DNA of 39,749 bases from Cyanophora paradoxa CCMP329 (lineage: Eukaryota > Plantae > Glaucophyta). A model generated the notes under the pieces. It did no database searches, was not told the origin of the DNA, and saw only the letters and a list, made by a program, of their open reading frames with translations. Made by a program: the position numbers and the translations under genes. The stretch spans positions 1-39,749 of the forward strand of contig QPMI01000060.1 of NCBI GenBank assembly GCA_004431415.1, in the 5' to 3' direction. Below are positions 30,152 through 39,749 of this stretch, piece after piece (the first letter of the stretch is position 1; every line of letters begins with the position of its first letter).

Positions 30152-33100
30152 TTAGAGCCCAAATGGAATGCTGTGAATTCCATCGTCTAATATCTTCCTT
30201 TTGCTATCGAGTTGGTTTAGAGCCACCCTTCTGCTCTCCAAATCATATAGGTTGTGGTCTTGCCTTCGCTTGTTTACTACTGCTACTGTTTTGGTGATGC
30301 CTTCAAACAGGCATCTCTTGAAATCATCAAAGTGAACCTCTTTGGAGGAAGTCCCAGACATCTTTATTTTATCAAAGGTCTCAGTTCTGAAAGCATAGAG
30401 TTTCGATCTCAGACCTACATACTCCACAATCTTTGCATTTGGAAACTCGTTTTTATATTTACCTGGAATCAAACGATTGCTCCTATCAAAGAGAGGGTGG
30501 GTGGGATCATAATTACTGCAATCCAGGTGTCCAGCAATTCGCTTCATCTCATTATTTAGATCATTGGTATGCAGCAGGAGACAGAAAGAATCTGTATCAT
30601 GGAATAGTAGCTCTGCTGTTTCCCAAGTTCTCCTCACCACATCATAAAGAACCTGCTATTGTGGAGTTTCGCGAAATCCAGCACAAAAGCACCAATTGCA
30701 ACAGGTTTATCTAAGTGAACATGCTTGGAATACATCTCAAAGGCAACAGCATTTTCGTTTAATACATTGGTTGCCTTGATGAGTGGACTTGCAGCATATT
30801 TCTTGCAAAGTTTCTCACTGTTTGCAATCTTTACCACAGAGCGACCCCTGCATGATTCGAGGCATTTACCATAGATTGCATTGTTCATTAATTTAAAGAA
30901 GTCACTCTCGAATCTGGACATAGATTGGCGCCTCAGTTTCGTATTTAGATCAATATAACTCTTCATGAATGCAGAGGTTGCAAATGAGAGAACCCTGTGA
31001 ACCTTCGTGATTATAATACCTTTGCTCACAAGATAGATCAAGAGAGGTTGGGAAATCACATAGTTATTTTTGGGTGAGAATGTTGCAGTGAGTTTGGGGT
31101 CTTTGCTTATCTTCTCACCTGTGATATCCAGTAACTTTCTTTGATACCCACCCAGCATTTCGGTGGTGACATGTTCTTTATTAACTACAAGTGGAAAATC
31201 GTAATGATCTGTGAGAGTTTGTGGGTATTCCAGGTCAACTTCAATAAAGGCACTTCGTCCTTGGTCTCTTTAAGTGCCTCTGAGACATCTTCCCATCGAA
31301 AATCTCCAATGGGCAGTTCTTGACTGAGAGCAAAACCATACAGATTATTTGCATCCAAGAGAACTATATGGTCATCTGGGTTTTCCACCTTTGCATATCG
31401 AGTAGGCATTGTAGCAAACCCACCTCGAATTGCTCTCTCAATGAATTCGTATTGCCCTACATCACTGATCTGCTCGATCTTTGCTCTGGTATAAATGAGC
31501 ATTGCATCCAGGATAATCCAGGAGCCGAAACATAGTGGGCAGGATCCAATCCATATTGGGAAAACGCCAATTCTCGGAAAGTCTGGAATTTACTCATAAG
31601 ATCACCAGAATCCACTGCCTGGAAGTCCATGAAGTGCGAAGCATCTATGAATTTCCACATGCCCCATTGCAGGGAGAGGTATTGATCGAAATTCTTGCTC
31701 AGGATCTCAACACGAAGTTTATCATCTTGCTGTGCAATTTTGCGGAATATTTCGTGTCCACATTCATCCATGTGATCCACCACATTGCTACTTTGTTTGC
31801 TTTGAGATTCTCCTGTGGAGGTTGCAGTTTCGGCATGCTTTTCCAATAAAGCTCCTGATTGATGACAATGGTCTCTTACTGGGAAATTCTCATGGGTAAA
31901 TCGTTCAGCACAGATATAACAGTGTTTAGTGATCTTGTATTGTGCTTTCTGCTCTTCTGTGAGTGGGTGCATTGGAATATTGGTGAATAGAGTGCGGATT
32001 ACTTGGGGTCTGATCTCTGTGAGAGTGGTAAACAGAGCACCAAGTGGATCTGATCCCTCGAAATAATGAGAGATCACCTCATCCCCCATCACAACTGTTA
32101 AAGAAACCGATTTGACCGCTCTTTTACTGCGGTTCTCATCAATTGGAACCGAGTGACTATCCATTTTTACATAGCAGATAGTGGGAAGCCACACAGTTTT
32201 GCGAAGGTGTTGAAGCCCAAATGCAATGTGACTTCCAGATTTCGGGCATTTACCTTTGCTCTCCCTCCAATCAATGCAGCGATTGGCTTCTAAGTGAATG
32301 TCCAGCTTCTCCTGAGTTCTGAAACGAGACAGGCAGGTCTCACAATAATAAATGCGACCATCATGGCTTTATCAAAGGTGGTTTTCAGGAGTCGACTCAG
32401 AGACATAATGGTGATATAATGTCCTCTATCATCCTCTTCGTTTTCGATTAATAAAAGGTTAATCTTGGTCTTTCTCCTCGGGTTGCTGGATTGATGGAGA
32501 GGATAGAAACACTGTGCTTGATTATCTGCACCATAAATGTTGATACTCAGTTCAGGGTTCTGCTCCTCAAATCGATCAATGATTTCTGCATCACAGGCAA
32601 CTGGAAACTGGATGCCTTCGAAATTGAGTTCGTTTAACCATCTTCTATACTGGCTGGGTTCATTGCTCTTGTGTTTATTGATGTCCTTTCGGTGCAGGTA
32701 AGCCAAGATTGCATACTTGAAGCAGTCTTGACCATCAATATTCTTGACATTCACAGTTGCTCTCTTTAATCCAATCCACTCAGGTGTTGAGAAGAAGCAA
32801 CCACCCACAGGAGCATAAGACATTATAACCACTCTCAGCATCTCGATGCGATCCAGTCTGTAACTGTCCACCTGCATCATCTGTTCCTGCATTGCTTGAA
32901 GTGCATTTCGCAGTTCAACATCAATATTTCGAGATCTTGTGATGACAAAGTAATCACTATAAATGAACTTGGTGATCCACACCCTTGGATCACTCACTTT
33001 GGTGAACTTACAAATGAAGGTCAACCGAGTCTTAATTGCTCTCAGGTCTTGGAGTTTCTGTCTGAGTCTCTGAGGTAGAGTGGGTGCAATTCTCTCCAAG

Positions 33101-33671
33101 AATTCAATCCCATCTTGGATAACCTCCCCTCTTGCTCGATAGGTTAACCAAGAGTATGCTTTGTTCATTGCTTCCCCATCTTCAATCTCGGGTTCAATTG
33201 TTCCAACCTTAAACCTTCATCCCTGAATTCCTCCATCTTCTCAAAACGATCATAGAGGCGATTAGTAATTTCTGTGAGTTGAGATAATCTTGGTCTCCTA
33301 TCCAGGATTGCTGCCTGGCGATCATATTCGAATTCTGTAATATCACCAGTAACTAAAAGGGTTCCTAAAAGACCGAGTATTTCGTTTTCTTTTCTTTGAT
33401 GATTCTATTTGATTGGCGGGGCATCTTTTACTTTAAGGAACATATTATTTTTGGGCGTTTTAAACGCATTTCGCATTTTTCAGGTTCTGATAATTCGCAC
33501 ATTCGTGCCTTTGGGGACATATACATTCACTGTGTCGAGTCTGCTTGCATAAACACGCTTCTTTTGATAGGTTCTACCATAACCTGCTCTGATCTTTGCA
33601 ATATAATCCGCCACCTCTGCAATATCATTCTTTTCGACAAGCTGCTGCCGAATTTCATCAAAATAATCCAT
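30152..33671 (-). CDS. polB: Protein-primed family B DNA polymerase (Polinton/Maverick type) with N-terminal OTU-like domain and endonuclease VII-like Zn insert, split by frameshifts
   Basis: Fragments give NVKNIDGQDCFKYAIL...FEEQNPELSINIY...GHYITI, CYIC...VRDHCH, YGLDPAHYVSAPGLSW, IRGG, LDANNLYG (motif A), KLMNNAIYGK (motif B), HDTDS (motif C) and GLRSKLY. The 5' limit (33168 vs 33671) is uncertain. Confidence 0.92.
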
Positions 33672-33704
33672 TTTCTGTCTTAGTCAAGTGAAATACGCAA
33701 CGAT

Positions 33705-33728
33705 CCCTTAAATCGCCAGTCAATTTTT
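33705..33728 (-). promoter_or_regulatory. Putative viral early promoter AAAAATTGACTGGCGATTTAAGGG
   Basis: 33 nt upstream of ATG 33671; 20/24 identical to the motif at 36846-36869. Confidence 0.65.
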
Positions 33729-33814
33729 GTCACAACACAACGATTTTCGATACGTTTTTATATTGTCCGATTAAGAATCGAAACAGTCATCGACCCACAG
33801 GGGGGAGTCTGTGG

Positions 33815-33956
33815 TTAATTGGGTGTGACGCCTGTGACGCCTGTGACACCTGTTTTCAGAGGTTTGTAGATTTTTGAAATTTTAAAAAGTTTGAAAATAG
33901 GCGTCACAGGCGTCACAGGCGTCACACTCAATTAAAAAGGTGTCACAGCTGTCACA
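33815..33956. repeat. Inverted-iteron module copy 3; candidate replication origin immediately 3' of the helicase gene
   Basis: 44-bp inverted arms (33815-33858 and 33892-33935, 3 mismatches), each with three 9-bp TGTGACGCC iterons, around a 33-nt AT-rich spacer. Extra TGTCACA copies follow. Confidence 0.85.
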
Positions 33957-34024
33957 CAAACCATTTACAGTAAGGTTTTTAAAAATAAGAAATTCAATCA
34001 GTATTAGAATCGATTCTGTTTTGT

Positions 34025-36372
34025 TTACTCATCCCCACCTTCAACATCACTGTCATCCACCAACTTGCGACTATGCTTCTTTTTGATCCCAAAGTAGCCA
34101 CGAGCAAGAACACCATTGACTCGCTTTCTCTCAGCCTTCACATTAAAGACTTCGCGAAGTCTCTTCAAGATAGTGCATTCTGTGATTTTCTCATCAGATT
34201 TGCCCATGTGATCCATCTTAAAGTGACTGATAATGGACTCACTTGTGGCGAAATCCCCTTGACTCTTGGTGAGTTCATAACTCTCACGAATCCATTCTCC
34301 AATCTTGTCATTCTCATTGAAATATTCAACACCTTGATCAACAATGGACTGGGGTGGTTTGGTGACGAATTCATTGAGAGAATGGGTTCTCCACATTTCC
34401 AGGAGAATGGACATATGCGCCATTTTATAATCGTCATCATTCTTCATTAGGCGCATGAGAGTGGTGTCTGCTTTCTTCTCACCAGGCTGAGGATCGACCT
34501 TGAAGACATTTTCGAATCGGTAGTAGATAATTCGCCTTTGAATTGCTGCATCTGGTTTACTGATTCCAAGTTGTCATTTGTGGACAAGAACAACTGGAAC
34601 ATGGGAATGAATGTAACAAGATCTTTGAAAAGAGCTCGAACCTTCATCTCATTCCCACCAGTAACCTGTTTGATTTTGTTCAGTTGAAGCATATCACCAT
34701 CTTCTGCTTCATTACTGAAAACAATTCGTTTACCAAGAATGCAAGCGAGTTCTGGGGAAGCCTCTGACGAACTCTTCTTGGGTTTAGTCCAATATGTCAT
34801 GTCCAGTGACCCATAATACTCACCAAATGTGTCTTTCACCAACTCTTGGAGCAGTGATTTCCCATTTGCTCCAATTCCAGTCCAGCAAGTGTATCTCTGA
34901 TTTTCTGTCAAACCACTCAGGGCATAGGCAATTAATCCATCATAAATTCGCGGTTTTCATCAGATTCGATAATATCTGCATAGATGGATTTAATCTTCGC
35001 AACTTTCTCTTGGTCAATTTCTGTGGTGTAATCGTAGCCAACAGTCTTACTCACCATATCATCTGGGAGTCCCTGTCGAAAAGTCATGGAGTTCAGGTCA
35101 AACACACCATTTGTAAATCCAATGATGTGGGAACAGTATCAAGTCTCTCGAAAAGGTCTTGTCACTGAACAGAACTGAAAGATCAGACATAAGTGCAGTT
35201 CTGTATGTAGTCTGTTTGAGGCTCTTAGCAATTCCCAGCAGAATCTTTGACCTTTCCTCCAAGGAATTGCGGTTCTCTTCATCACGAAGTGCTCTCTGTG
35301 CGAGTTGAACAGAACGTTGAAGATAAACTGGACAGACCTTGCAGCTCAAACAGAGAAAGATTCGCTTCCCAGTTTCATCCATCTCCCAAATCCCACATAC
35401 ATCATTGAACTTGAACCAGGTCTTGTTGGAATACTTGTATTTGTCTTGCAGAACAAGATAGGCAACTGTGCAACATCATAATGGGCACCATCAGATCCAG
35501 CAGACCGATCAATCAGATTTTCGATCTTCACATCTGTCTCTTCCTTCACACGAACTGTGATGCTTCGCTTTTTGCAGTTTGCACTGTAACTCGAAACAAT
35601 ATATTTGTCCTTCTCCTTCCTTGAACAATATACCAATTGTTCGAGTCATGGCTTCCCTTGCAGCAGGGACAGATCAGACCTTTGTTCTCAGCAGTGAATT
35701 GTATCCCATCTTGGTCTCATTGATGATTGTGGGCAAGATGAAACCGAATTCTTCCAGTTTAGAAAGAATATGTTTCTGCAAATTCTCCTCAGCGCACCTC
35801 TCAAAATAAGAATGTGCACCTTTGGGGAATTCGTAGTTGTCAACAATCCACTTTTGCAACTCAGCAGTAGGTTCATTAACTCACACTCAGATGCCCATGG
35901 CTCTCTGATCCATGTTTTGTTGGGACTGGGACAAATATTAATTACCCAGCAGTCCCAGTGGATGCAATCGTTTTGCAGTCGATCTTGGGGTTTCCTTTGA
36001 ATGCACCTGCTTTATCCCAGATCTTAATGGTGTCGAATTCAGCAGGTCGAGCGAAATAAGCATGATATCCTTTTTTGTTTTAGCAAGTGGATTAACACCA
36101 CCGAAATCATCAGGGAATTGCTCCTCGAATTTGGCGAAATCCTCCTCTTGGTCGAAGTCAATAACCATGATATTACGAGCAGATGCCCCAAGCAGTATAT
36201 TTACCGGATTTCAGGGCTTCATCGAATTTATCCCAAGTCAGGATCCGTCTTATGAGCGAAAGCGGTCTCTTGGTATCAGGATCAACAGGAATTACGAGAT
36301 TCTCAGACAGGACATCGTCTTCACGAAGCCAGTCAACAAGGCGTTCAGGGATTTCTTGGCGGCAGCGTTCAT
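34025..36372 (-). CDS. PrimPol/AEP primase fused to D5-like superfamily 3 helicase, split by frameshifts
   Basis: N-terminal VIPV...KRP, MVIDFD and AKTKK(G.H.YF) primase motifs, then a CPCCKGSHDSNN Zn motif and D5_N-like NGVFDL. Walker A GIGANGKS, GKRIVFSNE (Walker B), IKQVTGG and FLSTN. Start inferred at ATG 36372. Confidence 0.9.
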
Positions 36373-36422
36373 TTCGAAAATCGGGGCTTCTTACCTTAAT
36401 GGAGAAATTAATTTCTCCGGAT

Positions 36423-36435
36423 CCTTGTCATTTTT
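36423..36435 (-). promoter_or_regulatory. Putative viral early promoter AAAAATGACAAGG
   Basis: About 50 nt upstream of the inferred primase-helicase start; followed by a perfect 18-bp palindrome at 36401-36418. Confidence 0.55.
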
Positions 36436-36576
36436 GGCGCTAACTTTAAATACCTTGGGTTTTCCGATTGGCGCTCGATATATGGTAATGATCCATCGAA
36501 AAGTCGATTGATCATGTAACAAAAGGATTCAGCGGATATCTGGGACTTTGGGGCGGTTCAGTATTTCTGGGACGAC

Positions 36577-36780
36577 CTACTGGGCGTTTGACTGGATTAT
36601 TGGATCCATCTCAGCAGCTTTCCTGCGATAATATCGTTCCAGTGCCTTTTTACGATATAATTCACGAAATTCCTCATCTTGATAACGTTCTGAAATACAA
36701 GCGGTCATACAACCTTTCCTCTCATTGGGATCCATTTCGCTCATTGCAAGTTCGAATTCGACCACAGATTCAGTTTCCAT
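36577..36780 (-). CDS. Small hypothetical protein with basic helical motif (ERYQDEEFRELYRKKALERYYRRK)
   Basis: ATG-initiated ORF with an upstream promoter-like motif; the motif resembles small DNA-binding helices common in large DNA viruses. Confidence 0.55.
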   Translation of the reverse strand: METESVVEFELAMSEMDPNERKGCMTACISERYQDEEFRELYRKKALERYYRRKAAEMDPIIQSNAQ

Positions 36781-36845
36781 TTGATATGTTCCTTATATTT
36801 GGACGAGAAAATAATTTGTCCGGTTCACCAATCAAACACACCTTA

Positions 36846-36869
36846 CCCTTAAATCCCTTGTCATTTTTT
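36846..36869 (-). promoter_or_regulatory. Putative viral early promoter AAAAAATGACAAGGGATTTAAGGG
   Basis: About 65 nt upstream of ATG 36780; matches 33705-33728. Confidence 0.65.
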
Positions 36870-36978
36870 GCAGATCGAGACCAGTTCTGTCTACGCTTTT
36901 TATTGCGTCTTCTGTTGCATATTCAGCGGATTTCCTTTCAAGGATAGCATAGATCTCAGAGAGACTGAGCATTCGATA

Positions 36979-37185
36979 TTAATTACCGAGATTTAATTTC
37001 GGATCTGTGAAAGATACAGAGCGTCGCCTCACTGTCTCTGTTTTAATATGCTCCTCGAAATCCACCGAGTCCTGTGGATAATCGCCTACCGCCAGATCCA
37101 TGACTTTCAGTGTCAGAGAATCGATTTCGACTTTTGTATCACAGCAACCACTGTGACAATTGCTCACAATGTGGAGATTAAACAT
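36979..37185 (-). CDS. Small Cys-containing hypothetical protein (start uncertain)
   Basis: ORF on the dominant coding strand containing SNCHSGCC. Confidence 0.4.
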   Translation of the reverse strand: MFNLHIVSNCHSGCCDTKVEIDSLTLKVMDLAVGDYPQDSVDFEEHIKTETVRRRSVSFTDPKLNLGN

Positions 37186-37256
37186 TCAATGATTTTCGCA
37201 AGAAATCCATGATGCTCTCTCTCTTAAGCGAGATAATTATAGCCAAACTCGTCGTT

Positions 37257-37958
37257 TATATACTGTTGGGCAACACCTTTATCGACCTCTGATTTGGTAG
37301 CACCAGGTTCAATGGTTCCTTCTGGGTTTTGGTCTTCATCTCATCAACTGCCTGCTCATCAATTGAGTCTCTTTTTACCAATGAACTGCTTACTGGAAGC
37401 CAGTGATTCCATTCTATACACTCCTTTCGCAGCATCTCCTTTAATTTCGCTCTCTCTTTCTTCTCAGAGACATACTGTTCAAGTGCACTCGATTTCGCTT
37501 CCAGATCTTTAAGTTCGCAGTCATTTCGTCCATTGGGCTTTGGAATTCGGTGATGTTTTGAGTTGTGCTGTCTTGTAGGTCACCTCACAGCCATGGATTG
37601 AATTACCTTGTCTGATTCTTTGGAGACACCTTCACCTTTGCGAGCAAGTGAGAGATCTTGGAGACCCAGTCCTTTGTCATCAGCAGCACCAATAATTCGA
37701 CGAGCACCTTCACCAACTGCCTTCATCTTAGAGGTTTCGGGCGAAATATTCAGTTGATCACTGGTGGATGTCTTGGGGCGCTTTATCATCTGGTGATTCT
37801 TCGTAAGCAGCATTGAGGGGATCCTCCTGTTGCTGTGATGCTTTAACTTCATTGACACCATTGAATTTCAGGGGCTCTGTGTTAATAGAACCGGTTCCAG
37901 AGGATGCAGAATATGACATAGCACCAGCAGGAACACCAACTTTGCGTTTGGAAGGCAT
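37257..37958 (-). CDS. Hypothetical basic/low-complexity viral protein, frameshifted (possible core protein)
   Basis: Overlapping ORFs 37758-37958 and 37580-37861, with further open stretches downstream; the 3' end is approximate. Confidence 0.4.
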
Positions 37959-38014
37959 TGTATATTTATTAGAAGCAGAGATTATTTTATAAACCTCTCT
38001 TATATCGCATCAGT

Positions 38015-38747
38015 TTATTCGAATGAACACCACTCTTGACCTCTTTGGGGGCTTCCTCTTTCTGTGGAGATGGTAATTCGTCCTCTTTCTTTTGGGCTTC
38101 CTGTGGAACCGAGGAAATGCGAAATCTTTGACAGATCCGCTTTATCAACATAATAGTTCACCGAATAATTTGCAGAAGACCACAAATATATTGAAGAGTG
38201 CACATACTCCTCAAACATCTTATAGAAATCGTCCTTGTTTCGCATGATATTATGTATTCTCTTCAATGGCTTCGAGTTCTTTGCGATTGCAGCACTCAGG
38301 CAACAGCATAATCCGAATTTACTCGAATTGTTGAAGAAACCTTACGCAGTTTCTGAGTTATGCAGATAAATTAATCGCCGAGTGGCGGCCGCGGAATAAG
38401 AGATCCCAATTTTATCACGGGTAAATTACAATCTCATTGTCTATTAAGATCATCAAGACAACACATTTGATTAAGGTTCCCTTTTTCGATTTTCTCCTGC
38501 CTTTCATCCAGTAATTTGGAAATGTAAGCAGCATCCCATTTCCCGAGTGCAATGTTGCAACTGCATCCCAGAAATGATTGAAGACGTCCCACTCACAACA
38601 AGAACAACATCAATCTTTTTCGCATCATGCAGCTGTTTCAACCAATATTTCACACATTCTGACTTGCCTGTTGCAGACTTTCCTATGAAAAGAGCACGAA
38701 ATGGTGGGGTTATCATCTCAGCAGCATTAAATCTCTAAATCGTTCAT
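38015..38747 (-). CDS. A32/FtsK-like genome packaging ATPase, frameshifted
   Basis: PFRALFIGKSATGKS (Walker A), VLDDL (Walker B, about 38445-38465) and RGRH arginine motif (about 38380-38395). Adjacent to the capsid gene. Confidence 0.88.
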
Positions 38748-38809
38748 GGCTTTGTAGATCTTTCTTATTAAAGATAGATAAAAATAACGAAACGTTACTG
38801 ATAATGGTT

Positions 38810-39749
38810 TTACAGATTATTCGTCGAGCCATCTTTGTCACAATAATGAAACTGTGCATGAGAGCACGAACATTAACTGTGATTGTCTGGTCAGAAGGCA
38901 TGTATAGAGTGAGGAAAGAGGAGGAGGAGTTCGTGAGATCAACATAGCCAGACTGGGCAATGTTGCGAATCGCTTTCTCTCCATCAACACAGAATGGTAG
39001 ACCACTGAGGACATATTTGTCTGCAACCTTGTCCATATTTGAGCACTTGAAGGCATCCGCAATTAATTCGGCACCTTTGAGGAGAGGGATGGGCTCAGTA
39101 GCATAGAGACGTTGACCATTAATTTCAACAGTGAAAGTAATGTCTTTTGAGTTAGCATGCGTTTTCAGAACACTGTGGGAACCATTGAAACCATCAATAC
39201 CTGCGGCATCACGAACTGAAACAAGAAGACCATAGACAAGACCAGAGATCTGTGACAGGTTAATACGATTTGGTTGAGCATTGCCTTTTGCAGCGAAATT
39301 GACACTGTCAACAAAACCAATATCCAGAGCAGGAATAGCCATACCAGTGGTCTTCACCTTCTCAATGACAGTAGCAAAAGTTCATCAGAAACATTAATAG
39401 CATGCATGTAAAGACGAGGAGAAGTGACTTTAATTTCGGGGTTGTTCCAAGAGATGGTGAAAGTGGTGATCTGTTGACCAACATGGGCAAGAGTAGTTCA
39501 TTGTAGCACCAAGTCATCATCCGTTTATCAGCAGCTGTTCCACCAACAACAGGGAAAGCACGACCACCATAAGAAGTCTCAACATAACCCTTTCCAGCAT
39601 CCTTGAACCAGACAGTTACCACCATTTCTCCTGAGAGAGCACCAAGAGGTAGGTAGTGGTTTAGCCATGGGACGGGATTTCAACAAAGAATGACCCACCA
39701 AGTCGGTTGGTTCCATGGGCAGGGATACCATGAACCATACCCCATTGAA
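38810..39749 (-). CDS. Probable double-jelly-roll major capsid protein (3' part, frameshifted)
   Basis: HYLPLGALSGEMVVTVWFK resembles the conserved LPL-x-AL...hxhxF strand of DJR capsids, followed by beta-rich INLSQISGLVYGLLVSVRD...ITFTVEINGQRLY. Sits next to the packaging ATPase. The stop is probably at 38810-38812 after correcting one frameshift. Confidence 0.7.

Larger units (their letters stand above)
16076..39749. mobile_element. Endogenous Polinton/Maverick-like virus (PLV or virophage-like), right end beyond window
   Basis: Abrupt switch to AT-rich, intronless, densely packed genes. Carries rve integrase, protein-primed PolB, D5 primase-helicase, A32-like ATPase, DJR-like capsid and fibre genes. 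The left boundary is inferred from the hairpin at 16076 and the 1.27-kb repeat-rich non-coding arm. Confidence 0.92.

Noticed and set aside
28863-38738. Short plus-strand ORFs opposite integrase, PolB, helicase and ATPase
   Set aside because: Antisense shadows of minus-strand genes with no recognisable motifs.

Overview
The window joins two very different compartments. Bases 1 to about 12,100 are extremely GC-rich eukaryotic (protist/algal-type) DNA with many short spliceosomal introns (about 48-80 nt), a notable share of them GC-AG. This part holds a 5'-truncated membrane-protein gene, CPSF30 (CPSF4/YTH1), an ESRP/Fusilli-like gene (DnaQ-like domain plus four qRRMs) and a ZC3H3-like CCCH gene. 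Bases 12,100-16,075 are a transition zone: TpA-rich and CpA/TpG-poor DNA, a clean hAT-type MITE (19-bp TIRs, 8-bp TSD) and a weakly supported secreted-protein gene. From 16,076 to the window end lies an AT-rich, intronless endogenous Polinton/Maverick-like virus (PLV or virophage-like) whose right end is outside the window. It encodes AdoMet decarboxylase, fibre proteins with an S74 chaperone, a patatin-F5/8 fusion, an rve integrase, a protein-primed PolB with an eroded exonuclease domain, a PrimPol-D5 helicase, an A32-like packaging ATPase and a probable double-jelly-roll major capsid protein. Notable non-coding features are a perfect 28-bp-stem hairpin at the left end, three copies of an inverted-iteron/AT-spacer origin-like module (one directly 3' of the helicase, as in SaPI replicons), and a shared AAAAA(T)TGAC motif upstream of four genes that resembles giant-virus early promoters. 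The viral frameshifts I inspected are single-base homopolymer deletions, so the element may really be intact. All calls come from motif recognition by eye, with no database search. Host identity is not established; the style is compatible with GC-rich algae such as glaucophytes, which is only an inference.
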